Assembly: GCA_003971905.1 (NCBI GenBank)
Contig: RSEE01000026.1
Span: 620,001 to 684,000 of the forward strand
Length of the DNA stretch: 64,000 bases
DNA from: Moniliella sp. 'wahieum'
Taxonomy: Eukaryota
Reading direction: 5' to 3'
How positions within the stretch are numbered: position 1 is the first letter of the stretch; the number at the start of each line of letters is the position of its first letter. A model generated the notes under the pieces. That model worked only from the letters and a program-made list of their open reading frames with translations, was not told the origin of the DNA and did not search any database. Below are positions 1-12,383 of the stretch, piece after piece. The position numbers and the translations under genes were made by a program.

Positions 1-668
1 GAGGAGGCTTCGGGCCCAAGCTCGTTAAGCTGGCGAGCGAGGTTGGTCCGCCGCTGGCGGGCATGCAGAATGTCATCCGACTCGAGCGTTTGCTGCAATG
101 GCGTGCTTCTGGGTTTTGCGAGCCTCTTCGAGCGTCTTCACATGGGCCTGGTACAGGTCGCCCTGCAACGCCGAGTGAACGCCAAGCGATCCAGAACGTC
201 TACCAGCACCTCGTCACCCACACCATCGAAGCGAGAAGCAGCATTGTGGGATTGACCGAGCTCGTACGAGGCTTTGGCCAGCGAATGACACTCGCGGAAC
301 AGCGCCTCGTAATCAATGTCGACGCCCTTGAGCGCGCTGTTGTACACGAAGAACGGCCGGTTGAGGTTGAGACGGGGATCGAACTGGGCCAACCCCTGGC
401 GGATGAGGTGGGGGAAGTTGGTGGAGTACGTGCCAGCGGCCAGCGAGCCGAGGTTGTTGTGCTGGGCGTTTTGCTGGTACGGACGCGGCGGGGGCGGGGG
501 GGCGGCGCCGGGGGCAGCGCCGGGGTTGGGCTGCTGCTGTTGATGCTGCTGCTGCGGCGGCGGCGGCTGCTGCTGGCTGGGAGCGGCAAAGCCGTACTGC
601 TGCGCCGCCTGCTGCGCCGCCTGCTGCGCCTTCTCCTTGGCGCGCTCGAACTTGTCGAAGAAGCTCAT
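1..668 (-). CDS. Eisosome Pil1/Lsp1-type BAR-domain protein (3' end runs off the window; frameshifted)
   Basis: ATG at 668 (MSFFDKFERAKEK...), Q/P-rich N-terminus, then LKGVDIDYEALFRECHSLAKASYELGQ...DVLDRLAF, which resembles basidiomycete Pil1-domain proteins. Helical continuation in another frame toward base 1. Confidence 0.55.
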
Positions 669-1573
669 GAGGGGGGCTGAAACGGCGGGGGGGGGGGAGG
701 GCAACAGCGCGGGGAGGCGGAGGCGGGACGAGGGGGCGAGGGACGGGGAGGTTAAGCCTTAAGAGCCGTCGGCCGCCCTCGCCCCGCTCGGCTGCTCTGA
801 CCCCGTGCCCGGATCTGGGCGGGCCGACGCACGTCTCCGCAGCCGCAGCCAGGGGGAGGCAGAGGGGAGTGTGCCGCACTGCGCACGGACACAGGCACTA
901 TGCCAGTGTGCCGCGCCAGTGTGCCTCCGGTGGCCCACCGGCACGCGTCATGTATCGATGATCCCCACGCGGTACCTTTTGGGCCTTAGATCCCCTTGAA
1001 CGTACCTTGAACGTTGAACGAAGCAACCGCAGGGGATCTGCGCTGGGCTTCCACGCAGGCCCTGGGCGTTCGTACAGACGCAGTCCAAGCAACCCGACCA
1101 CATTGTGCTGGATTCAGACCCACCGCTCCCTCTGTCGCTCCCTGCCGCTCCGTGGAGACGCTGGCCCAACGCCCTCCGCGGCAGGCGGCGCATCCTCTGT
1201 TGACGCATCCCGACGCCTGTGTTTTCGCCAGGTAGCAGGGTGAGCTCGACATGTACTTGTCTCCACGAACCCCCTGTTCGTATTCGTCTGCGCCCTGCTC
1301 CTTGCCTCACCCAATCGGTCCTCTGCACCCTCTCCCCCCGTCGAAAAAAGCAGTGCAGGCAATGCGTATACAACGACCGCAACCCTCCTTTTTGCCTTTG
1401 GGCTGATCCATGATCTGCATGATCAATCCGTCCACCGTCCCTATCGATGGTAACATGTAAGAAGTGTCATTCAACTTTAACTGCCCTCTCAGTGGCCTGC
1501 TCCTGCTCAATTCATTCCCTGGCGCTGTTGGTTTTCCGTCTCTATCTTCCCCCTTTCGCCTTCGTTTTACGGC

Positions 1574-1808
1574 TCGCATACCTACGGGCAGGGTCCCGCT
1601 ATCATAAGCCCATATCACCAAAAGGATCACTCTCTTTTCCAGAGCGCCAGGATCGCATACCTACGGGCAGGGTCCCGCTATCATAAGCCCATATCACCAA
1701 AAGGATCACTCTTTTCCAGAGCGCCAGGATCGCATACCTACGGGCAGGGTCCCGCTATCATAAGCCCATATCACCAAAAGGATCACTCTCTTTTCCGAGC
1801 GCCAGGAT
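1574..1808. repeat. Tandem repeat, 3 copies of a ~79-bp unit
   Basis: Unit TCGCATACCTACGGGCAGGGTCCCGCTATCATAAGCCCATATCACCAAAAGGATCACTCTCTTTTCCAGAGCGCCAGGA starts at 1574, 1653 and 1730. Copies differ only by 1-2 nt indels. Confidence 0.95.
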
Positions 1809-2747
1809 GACATCCAAGTTAAGGGAAGTGAAAGTCGTATTCATGTGGTTGGAAAGCATGCGTGTATCAACGAATTCATGGTGGGTTTCAGCGGGCAAGC
1901 TGTGGCCATGGAAAAGAAAAGCGATCCATAATAGAATTCCAGGATGGGAGTTTGAAGCCATTCCTTTTCCCGTGCCCCCCTTGATGGTGTATATGTAGCT
2001 GAAGGGGACATGGAATATGGGGAGAAATGAGAAGAACCACACTTTTGGACCATATATGTGCATAGAAACGTCCAGCAGCTCCTTTACCTTGCCGACGAGG
2101 GGACATTTGAACGGCAATGATTATCGATTAATGACCTACATGCAATCTGCGGAAAGAGATAAATGATGGTAGTAAAGCTGAATGAGCAGATATATGGGTC
2201 TCATTACTGGCGCAAGGGCTATCCTTACTACCGCTGTTATAACGCCCACGTCATCAATATGACGCTGATAATTCTGTTGTATACTCCACAAGTCCTTTCC
2301 CAAGACGACAACACCATCGGTAGCGTGTAACGTTTAGCATAATTGTGGTTACCTTTTCTTGGCAGATTCTTGAGCACCACACTATCCCATCCTGGACAAC
2401 CTTCAAGCTTCAACATACTCTTTCCCTCCCTCCTGCCCCGATCCCCGTACGTTCCCAATTGCGCGCGCGGCGGAGGAGACCATTGCGCCAAGCGCCCCCG
2501 TGCTGATGCGCGATCATATTATAGCCTTTTTTTACTGGCGGTGCCGCCCGCGGGGCAGGGGTTTGGATGGTGAGACGGCCATTCGTGGGAAGCCCTCGCG
2601 GGCGCCATCAGAGCGCGATCGACCAGCATTGGTGCTGCTTGCTGGGAATCCGGGACGGATCCCTCCCCTCCTCTGGGTCTATTGCGACTAGTCCTCCTCT
2701 CTTCTCTTTTGCTTGCCGGCTGCGTCCCACCCTGCTGTGCACCAACC

Positions 2748-5213
2748 ATGCTTACCAACCCCCAAACCTCCATCCGTCTTCGGCGCCAGCGGAGTGGACC
2801 CGCCTCGGGCGCCAAAGAAGGCGGTATCGTTGGTGGACGTTCCAGCGGACTGGCGCCCGCTCTCGGTCGCGACATTGCGCTTGCAAGTCTACCCGCCGAA
2901 CGCGACAGAGGAAAGCCTGATGCGAGCGTTTGCCTCTTGCCATCCCAGCTCGCTCGATTTCCCCCGCCCGTCGGTGGCGAGGCCCAAGTACATTTCCCCA
3001 GCCTGGACCTGGCAGAGCTGGCACTGGCTACGCTTGGCGGTCCGGGACCCGTGCGTGTGGCGCCGCCCCCGGGCGGGATTGGCCGACCGAAAGCGGGGTC
3101 GGAATCGACCGAGTGGCTGACGGCGTGTACAAGGATCTTGTACCCCCTCCCGTCCGAGCTGGAGAGCAAGACGGAGGAACTGTGGGGCATTGTGCGACCT
3201 GCTGGGCCTGTCCGACGATTGGACATACGCAAAGTGCAAGCCAAGATGGCACTGCCGCCGCTACCGGAAGAAAAGGAAGTGTCGCTACGTTCCAACGAAC
3301 GGAGAAAGGCCGTGTTGGTACAATTCCATGCACCTGCGGCGGCCGAGAGACTAAACAAGTTGGTGGCGCAGTGGGCGCGAGAACATGCGCTGCATATTGA
3401 GACGTATCGGTACGAACAATGGACCGAGATGCAGGCTCAACGACGTTCCTCGTCCCGTCCCAGTCCACGGTTAGGCCCGCGCTTGGTGATGATCCAGGCT
3501 CTGCCAACAATGCCGTGCCCGAGACACCCCTCTCTGGCCCCCAACCGCTGTTGGGACCGAGGGAGCACTCACACGAGCCCAAGCACCACCTCTCCCCACC
3601 GTTGCCTGCGCTCAACGAGGATGAACGTGCCATCGATCAGCATCGAGACCTCCTTGCATCGCGGGGGCAATCTCTTAACGGCGGCCAAGACGGTACACAA
3701 TGGAGAAGAACAGGAGACGGCGGCACCCAAGATGTCCTCCTCGTTGTCTCCACTTGTTCCCCAACAGTTCCACCCACCACTATACCGACGGGTAAGCTGA
3801 CGGTCGAGCCGATGGCCGAGCCAGCCAGCTCGAAGTCTCTTCCCCCTCCTGCTCGGGCCGCCAGCCCGTGCCCAACCAAACCAATGGCCAGGTCCCGACC
3901 AAGGTGGGGGCGCCACCGACAACGCGGCAGGGGCACCGTCTACCGATGGGCAGGGTGAAATGGCACAGGACGAGGGACGTGACCCAAGCTCACCTCGATC
4001 TTCTTCCGCCTTAGTGCGGGAAGAAGTGGTGATGGCGCTTCTCGAGCGCAACCTGCGCTCTCTCGCGCATTCTGACCTACCCAACGTAGCTAACAAGACC
4101 GAGATTGATGTTCCGTCCATCCTTGGCTTCTCGCCCCACGCTGAGAGGGCCGAACCTGTTGCGCGCTCTGACCGATGCAGCGTACCTGGCCGAACGGGTG
4201 CGCGCGCTCTCCCGCCGCCTGCCGTACCAACACCAACGCCGCAGACCGGAACGGAAGGGAACGTACGTGTGTCCACATCGGACCGAAAGATGCTACTGAG
4301 CAAGGTCAAAGCTGCATTTCCCTCAGGCTCAGTAGCCCAATGCAACGCCGCGTTTCGGCCCTCATCCTCCTTCCCAAACACGAACGGCGTGTCGTCCTTC
4401 TCTCGCGCCAGCGACTCTATCAGACGCTCACCGAATCGAAGCCCGTCGTCCCTGGGCATTTGGTGCACCGGCGCCACGCGCACCGTCGCACTTGTCCTCC
4501 TCCCTTTCTACTCCCACCGCTGGCGTGGCAGCTGCTTCCGCTTCTGCCTCTGCTTCCACTTCTGCCTCCGCTTCCGTTCCTCCCCAACCTGCTTCCCGTC
4601 CAATGCTCTGTCGAAGGCGAGGAGAAGGAGGCGGGGGCGGAAACGGCGGATCGGGGATGCGTTGGGATTGCCTCACCGGGTCGTCGAGGCGGGGCAGTAC
4701 GAGGGCTGGCTGGGCTGGCGCGTCTGCCAGCGATCGAGGTGGACGGGATGGTGCAGGCGCATCTACTGGATGTGCAGAGGGGCGGTGCCGGGATCCGGGC
4801 TGCGAACGCGGGGGAAACGGTGTGGCTGTCCGACCTGACGCGGCGCTCGGTGGCGGACCAGAAGCAAGTGGTAGGGGAGCGGTTGTTTCCGCTGGTCAAG
4901 ACGGCGTTGGGCGCAGGGGGGCGGGACAAGGGCCGTCGGGCAAGACGAGTTAGTGCGTATCGTATCCGTTCTGATTTGGTTGGACTGGGGGCGGGCAACG
5001 CTGACGCACAGATGGATGGGCGGGTGTGGGGATGGGCTGGGACGGATACAGCGATGGCGCTGCTGGACCATGAAGACACGCGGCGCTGGCGCACTGCTCA
5101 TCGCACTGCCCCTGGTGGTGGCCGAGAAGGCGCGGGCGGTGGGGGCGGAGGGCAAGGCGGGCGGGGGGAGCGCTGAGTGCGGGCGACGTCGAGGGAAAGG
5201 CGAATGTGCTTGA
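2748..5213 (+). CDS. Rrm4-like RNA-binding protein: two degenerate RRMs plus three MLLE/PABC-like domains (multiple frameshifts)
   Basis: Read across frames. RRM1-like LRLQVYPPNATEESLMRAF...VHFPSLDLAELALATL; RRM2-like TRILYPLP...LWGIVRPAGPVRRL...AVLVQFHAPAAAER. MLLE-like LLRALTDAAYLAERVRAL, VSALILLPKHERRVVLLSRQRLYQTLTE, and QKQVVGERLFPLVK...ALLDHEDTR..LLIALPLVVAEKAR. Stop at 5176 or 5213 depending on frame. Confidence 0.7.
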
Positions 5214-5703
5214 GGTGGGGGTGCATTGTAGATTGGACCGCCCACGGGTGCGTTTCTTTTGTCCTGTCCTATATAGTCTGGCTGAGAACCGTTAAGTCGA
5301 TAACCCGCAAATGGCACCAGCCGCTGCATATCTGGATCGATCACTTGAAATGTTCACCGCCCGTGCAACACCCATCACGTGATGGGGCAGAACCCTAGCG
5401 ACACAGGCGGCCATGCAACCTTATTCAGCTCAGCGTAGCCTTAGATCGGAGTCCAACCTGCCCTGGCGCGGCCACCCGCGCGCCCACACACGCCCCGTGC
5501 CGCGCCAACCCTACACGCAGCCCCGTGGATGGCGAGACGCACATCATGCATCATGCATGATGGCGCCTGACCACGCCTCGCCGCCTCGCCGCCTCGCCGC
5601 CTCCGCCGCCACCGCCGCACCCGCCTCGGCTGCCATTCAGCTTCCCACCATCTTCATCGCCACCATCCCCATCCTCCCCATCCCCCTTCTCATCCGCTCT
5701 TCC

Positions 5704-7831
5704 ATGACCGCCCCGAACCGTGCCCGGGAGCGCTCCAACCTGCCCAACTCCTCAGCAGCAGCCACCTCAACCTCGGCCGCGTCCTCTCGCATGGCATCAC
5801 CCCCACCCAGACTCCGCCGCCCACGAGCCACGCCCACTCCACCTCCTTTAGCGCCAGCACAACCAACCTTGCTCTTCCGGCCCCAGCAGCAACTCCCGCC
5901 CGGGCTTTTTCCGCTCCGCCGGATCCCACTTTACCAATCGGGTGCGCAAAATGTCACAACCGGCCGTCGCTTCCACGGGCTCCGCCCCGGCTTCCGCCCC
6001 CGCCATCTCGCCCCCGCCACAGGCCAACCGCTCACGCCGCCGGGTGCCGCCGCTGCGCGTAGCCCCCTCCCACACGTGCCAGCTTACAGCCAAGCCAACG
6101 TTCTGCCGAGATGCCCAATCGGACGGGCAGCGCGGCGCCCGAGAGGTTGCTGCATCCGCATCCGCATCCGCATCCGCATCGGCGCCCGCACCCGCACCTA
6201 CTCCTGCCCCTGCCCCTGCTCCTGCCCCTGCACCTTCTCCTGCTCCTGCCACTGCCTCGAATTTGCCCGAAGCCACGCCGGCAGGCGAGCAGCCCGTACA
6301 CCGCATCCGTCTTGTGCCCCACATTTCCAATGGCCGCTCAGTGGGTTTGATGCGATTGAGCGTGATGTGCGGGAAGGTGCGGCGCCGATCAAGTTTGGTC
6401 GGTTTACCGATCGCTCGGGCGGGGCGGACAATCGCGGAGCCCCCGGTCCCGGTGCGAGAGGCGGAGCGATTCCCAACATCAATGGTGGTCGGGGCCGAAT
6501 AGATCAGAACCGGGCTGCGTTTCGGAGCAAGGTGGTGAGTCGGTCGCATGCCGAGTTATGGTGCGAAGCCGGCGGGCGCGTTTTACCTGCGCGATACCAA
6601 GTCGTCCAGCGGCACGTTTTTGAACCACGTTCGTCTTTCTGCGCCGGGGGTGGAGTCCATTCCGTTTGCCATCAAGGATGGGGATGTGATTCAGTTAGGT
6701 GTGGATTACCAAAGCGGCTCGGAAGAGTCGTTCCGGTGCGTCAAGATGCGTGTCGAGCTCAATCGCGGCTGGCAGCGCCGAGCGAACGAGTTCAACGAAT
6801 GCGTTGCGTCAACTGCGCACGCTCCAAGGTGAACCGGTAGGCGATCAGCCCAAGCCTTCCGAAGAGCCTGGGAAAAAAGTGGTCAAACCTGCCACTGTGA
6901 CCGATTGCTGCATTTGCTTGTTCTCGGTGACCGTGTGCCAATCGCTGTTCATTGCGCCGTGTTCGCACGTGTTCCACTACAAGTGCATCCGTCCGCTGCT
7001 GCAAAAGCATCATCCAGCATTCAGCTGCCCGCTCTGCCGTACCTATGCCGACTTGGAGGCAGACGTGGAGGAGGAAGAGGAGACGGCCGAACTCGAGGCG
7101 GCCCTGAACGCCAGTGTCAAACCTGCGCCTGACGCCCCACCGGCTCCGGCGCCGGCCGCGGTGCCCCCCCGACCCCACCGACCACCTCGGCCGAACCACC
7201 AGCTGCTCCACCCTTGGCGGTGGTTGAGGCCTCGCCTGTGGAAGAGACGACCACCTCGTTCCCTCCTTCGAGCCATGCCCGCAACGCCAGTTTTGCCCCG
7301 ACGATCGCGCCGGTTGGGGTGCCTGTGGTGGTGACCGAGGAGGCCGAGCTTCTTCCGGGCGAACGAATGGAGATGATAGAGGGGGAAGGGGACGCGGCGG
7401 GGGCGGGACGAAACCGGCTCAAGCGTCCAAACGAGGGGGAGACGATGCTGGCAGAGCGAGGCGAGTCGTCGCGAAGGGGCGAGAGTGGCTTCCCCGTCCA
7501 ATTCCACATGCCGCAAGACGAAGAGTTGGAGCCGGCTTTGCCGGATCCCGCGCCGCTCTGGCACCACACCAATCCGTTCTCCTTTGGCTTTGACGAAGAG
7601 ACTGGGGATGTGACGCGAGCCGTGCCGATGAACGTGGGTGGCGGGACGGGGCGCAACCCATTTGCGTCGATGCTGGCCCAGGCCGAGCCGACGTGGGGGC
7701 CGGACGAGCCGTTGGGCCGGATCAATTCGTTTGGCACTCCGTTTGGCGCAAGTCTGGGACAAACGCCTCGGAACGACGTGTTGTTTGCACCGTCGGCAGA
7801 GCAGGGAACAGACACGTTGATGCGGGATTAG
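5704..7831 (+). CDS. DMA1: FHA + RING-H2 E3 ubiquitin ligase, Dma1/Chf family (frameshifted)
   Basis: FHA motifs KFGRF..., FRSKVVSRSHAELW, FYLRDTKSSSGTFLNHVRLS, DGDVIQLGVDY, CVKMRVELNRGWQ. RING CCICLFSVTVCQSLFIAPCSHVFHYKCIRPLL...FSCPLCRTYADLEADVE. Confidence 0.9.
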
Positions 7832-8376
7832 GAACGCCAATGCCGTCTGTTTACCCCCGTCGCCGTCCTGGATTCTATCTACTCCTGCCATGGGCCCAGC
7901 GGGGGGGGCTGTCTGGCTGCGAAGACGCTATCCATTGGCTGACATGCGTGCCCGCTCCTCTCTCTCTCTCTCGGTTGGTGGGTGGGACGGGGGGGCGCGT
8001 GCCTTTGCATGTCGCCGCTGCGTACTGACTGCAATCAATGGAAGCCCGAAAACAAGCGTCTGGTATAGTTGCTGTGCCTGCGGGCTGTCGGGAGAGAGCG
8101 CGGGTGAATATTGGATGGCGGGGTGGCGAGCGGAATGGCGTGGGCGGAAGCTGCGGAACCCCGGCGGCAGGGGTGCTTTAGTGCAGCCCAAAGGTGGGGA
8201 AAAAACCCCAGACGCAGCGCCAAGGCAGCGCTAATATGATCAGGTTGATCTTAATCTTAATCAGGCACGGACCATCATGCATCATGCTCATCCATCGCTG
8301 CCATCGACCATCCATCAGTACATCATCAGCAGCTCATTAATTAAGCTCATTACTCAGTTCCTCAGTAGCCTGCCAC

Positions 8377-9800
8377 ATGGCAGTGCGATCTGTACTGCTC
8401 GCAAAGCTCCTCCCCTCCACCACCGCTTCTCTCGTCGTAGCATGCCCTCGCAAAACGCACCGCTCCGCCCCGCCATCCACCCCAGGCCGGCCTGCGCGCA
8501 AGCGCCCGCCGCCTGCCCACCCCGCGAGCCGCCTCCCCCGCCGCCGCCACCGCGCCCGACCGGCGCGCCAAGCGCCAGCTCGCCGAGCTGGCCCGCGTCC
8601 TGGAAAGCATGCAGTGCCGCAGCGAGGTGGTGTACGAACCGTATCTGTATTCCTTCGAGAAGCACCAGCCGGTCAAGTGTCTCGCCATCCATCCCGAGCC
8701 CCGCTGGGACCTGGTCGTGATGGGCGACAAGGGGGGCACGATCGCGGCCTGGCACCCGCTCCATTCCCATTGGTCCCGCATCCCAACCGAGATGGACGTT
8801 CATCATAATGTCGGCAGCGACAAGTGGGCCAGTGTCACCCAGCTGCACATTGACCCGCTGGCGCAGGAGAATGTGTACTCGTCTGGTATGGACGGTGCGG
8901 TGCGGGTCACGTCGCTCGAAGCCCAGACTAGCAGTCTGGTGTGGCAGTGGGAGAAAGGGTGTACGACAGGCGGAAGAAAGATGATGAATCCATTGGACTT
9001 TGCCTTGCTCCCCTCTGCGTCTTCGTCAACCGCGGCCGCCGCCGCGAACCCACAGCGGACCCGCGAAGCCTATGGGTCGCCACATCCACCGGATCTCTCT
9101 TGCATTTGGACGTGCGCCAACAGCGCGCCCACGGTACGCCACGCCAGTTTCAATTGGCCACCCAAGCCATCACGTCCCTCTCCTTTTCCCCGTCCCATCC
9201 CCACAACTTTGCCACCGGCTCCTTGGACGGGTTTGTGTACCTCTGGGACGCGCGCAGCTGAGCAGCACCAAGCCAGTCAAGTCGGGCAAAGCCGCTGCGG
9301 AGCAACTACAAGCTCAGTGCCTCGCCTACTTGGACCTTGAAAGACCGATCAAAGTCTCGGTCTTAGCCCGCAGGCACCTCGCTCGCCGTAGGACCACATT
9401 AGTGCCTCCCTGCACGTGTTTGATATGGACCTACCTCGGTTGGCTACCGACCCGGTGTACGACCCATTGGACCTGAGCCTTCCTACCAGCTACCACCACA
9501 CCATGCCCACAGAGCCCATGTACAACCCACGTGGCACGGCGCCCCTGCCTGTTCACTGGAACGCCTCGGCCAGCTTGCCCCCCCACTTTGCTTTGGCCAA
9601 CGGCAAGTGCTGCATCGATCTTCGTGGGCCTAACGGCGCTCTGTTGGCCACCGTCGGCGACGAGGAAAGCTTCACCACCAGCCCTGCCTTACAGCCTTGC
9701 ACCCAGGCCGGCCGGGCGCGATGGCCACCGCCACGCGTCCAACCGATGTACGTACTGGACTGCCGATCCGCCTTTCGGAGATTCCGGATCGACCTAGCTA
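8377..9800 (+). CDS. WD40-repeat protein, Cmr1/WDR76 (DNA-damage-binding)-like (frameshifted; end approximate)
   Basis: VKCLAIHPEPRWDLVVMGDKGGTIAAWH, VYSSGMDGAVRVTSL, LWVATSTGSLLHLDVR and ITSLSFSPSHPHNFATGSLDGFVYLWDAR match the blade order of Cmr1/WDR76. Confidence 0.6.
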
Positions 9801-10212
9801 GCCCTCGACCGCGGTACCGGCGCGTCGCTAGACCTATTTTTTTTCAGACCAGAGTACCGCAGCCTCTACCCACGTATCTGTCTCAGGATGAAGGGGGGCG
9901 ACGCGATAAATTGCGTCACTTACGGACACGGGAAAGGAAGGGGTAGGTAGGTATAGGTAGGTGCAACAGGGGTATGAGTGGCAGCGCAGTGAGCAGAATC
10001 TGGCGCGAAGGGGGGGGGGGGGTACCATGGTCTGAGGAAATGTACAAGCAGGGGTATAACCCCATACCATCCCACACACGCACACCACCTGGCGTCGGAC
10101 GTCGTCCGGGGTCGAGCAGGGACGAGTCTGTGCATAGGCCCACATGTTCTGGGGGGGGATGGGCGAGAGGGTTTCCCCCGGGATGAGGTATAGGAGAGTC
10201 CCGGAGCAAGGG

Positions 10213-11496
10213 CTAGTGTATGCGAGAAGAGCAGGAGGCGAGCGAGGCAAGGTGCGACTGTGTCCGGCTCGGCTGGTCAGCGAGCGTATGGGTCAAGGAC
10301 AAGCCTTCTGGGCGCTTGGCGTCGCCTACTCTCTCCCTCCACGAAGAAGGGAAAGAAGCAGCGTGTGGTACGGGTTCGTGAATGGCTTCGTGCACTTGGT
10401 GCAACGCGGCTCCTACCAAGTCCAAACTGCGCGCGAGAGAGGTACTGATGCGGTGGCCGGGCTTGGCAGGGAGCTCGGGCCAGGCGGCTGGGCTAGGCGG
10501 GGGAGGCAGCACGTCCCGCCCTCCCGGTGGCTGCACCTGTGCGCCACCAGACTCCCCAGACGAGTAGAGGGGCCAGTGGGGCTGTGGACCAGGCAGGGAG
10601 GACGAGCTGGCGCGGACTGGGTCTCGACCATCTTGGGTCTGCGCTGGCTTGTCTTGCAGGGTGGGGCGCCACTCTGGCTCGGTTGGCTCGGGCCCCAGGG
10701 CCGAGGTGCGGGGGTAAGGGAAGGACCAGGAGGCCAGCTGGTCACGTTCTGGTCGTGGGGGATCTCTTCGTCGGGCAGTTGGTGTGGGCTGGCAGATGGA
10801 TCAGCGGGAGGGGTTCGATTCGCTTCCTCCTCCTCCGGTTTGCTCTGGACCGTGCGCCGTTCCGCCTGCGACCGGGCGAGGGGGCTGGGATCGGTCCTGG
10901 TGCTGAAGCTGGGCTTCTGGCTAAGCTCGAGGCAGAGGAGGTGAGGTGGTACACCACATGCGCAAGTTCCTCCACTTGGACCGAGTGGGCGTGACTGAGC
11001 GCCTCCAATCCGCTGGGCCTCGAACAGCGCCGCGTTCTGTCCTCGCAATGCCAGTACCTCAGATAGCAGCTCAGAGGACGTGCCCTGGCTCGAGGGCGAC
11101 ACGCCTCGCTTTTCGCGAGCACGATGCGGCGGGGGGAAGGGGCGACGGCGCCCCATGCGGGCGAGAGGATGCCATTGGAGGAAGTGGGGATGGGGGTAGA
11201 GGTGGAGGTGGAGGTGGGGGGGTGCAACGGAGCCCGGTCAATGGGAGGGAGCGTAAGAATGGTTCACCAAGGAGCGTTCTTACGCTAGGGGTCTCGCGAT
11301 CCTTGGGGCGGGTGCTATGGCGTCGGAGATGCGTGCGTGTTTCCAACGGGGACGGATGACACCGCGACCTGCGTCGATCGGTCTGGGGCGCGCTCTGGAT
11401 TGTGGGAACCTCCGAGAAGAGGGCGGGTACTGCGTGCGAAGGAGAGGGGAAGAGAGCGCCGCGAACGGATTCGCGGCGGTGGACAGGAACAGACAA
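10213..11496 (-). CDS. Hypothetical Pro/Ser-rich protein with short helical segments (limits uncertain)
   Basis: Overlapping minus-strand ORFs with protein-like stretches (SSELLSEVLALRGQNAALFEAQR; DLVGAALHQVHEAIHE). No recognised domain. Confidence 0.3.
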
Positions 11497-12383
11497 TTGC
11501 GTTGTGCAAAGCGGGGCGGAGGGGAACCGGCGCGCTGGTGGCCGGTGAGCGGCGCGGCACTGGTGGGGCAGCAGGCCTCGCGCGTCGTGTCACAGACGCT
11601 GGAGGATGCGGCGGGGTAAGGGATCTGCGGGCCTTGGGGGGAAAGGAAAGAGATGAGCGTGTTCCAGCCGATGGGAAAAGCGTCTTCCCGGCCCCGAGGC
11701 GGGGCCAGGCAGGGTAGGCAAAGGGAGAAGATGGTGGCTAATCAGGCGTGGCCCGTGTTGGGGCCAGCAAGCGAGGCAGTAGGGGGTGGGGGTGGGGGTA
11801 GGAGGAGCCAAGTAGCCGGCCGAGGGTGGTGGCCTCGGTACTGAACTCAGTTCGGTGCTCAGGGGGCTCAGTCTTGACTTGAATATTCAGCCGTCCTGCG
11901 ACGATGCCTTTTCTGTGGCTTTATCTCGTGGTTATAGTTTTCCCCCCTGGAACGGACTGGCGTGTGGCGCTCGCCCCTGGAGTGAGCGAGGATTTATTTG
12001 GCAAAAGCAAGCAATCAATTCAATCGATCAATCATCAATTGATCAATGGTTTTTGCCCGCACGACGACTCTGCTGCAGTAGTGGATACGAAGACAGCACC
12101 ACTGACCATGCCGTTATTGATGCCGTTCTCGCCTTGTTTCTCGTCCTCTACCCCCTGGCCTCACGCTTTCACACATCCTCAGCGCCCCCCAGCTTCCATC
12201 TCTCCCTCCAGCCAATAAAAAATCCCAGTGCCAGATCACAACCGCCGCCCTCAACCTCTTCTGAACTGCGCATTATGGCAGCGCCCGGCTTTTCGCCATC
12301 TTCTCAACAACTCGGATAATCAGGATGCATAAACATGCGACGAGAGCGGCCAGTAAGCACACCAACAACAGCAGCCCCGACGC

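Noticed and set aside
1574..1808. CRISPR-like array
   Set aside because: Units are contiguous and identical with no unique spacers, there are no cas genes, and the context is eukaryotic.
3569..5344. Long minus-strand ORFs (304, 224 and 193 aa)
   Set aside because: They are antisense shadows of the plus-strand Rrm4-like gene and have no recognisable domain.
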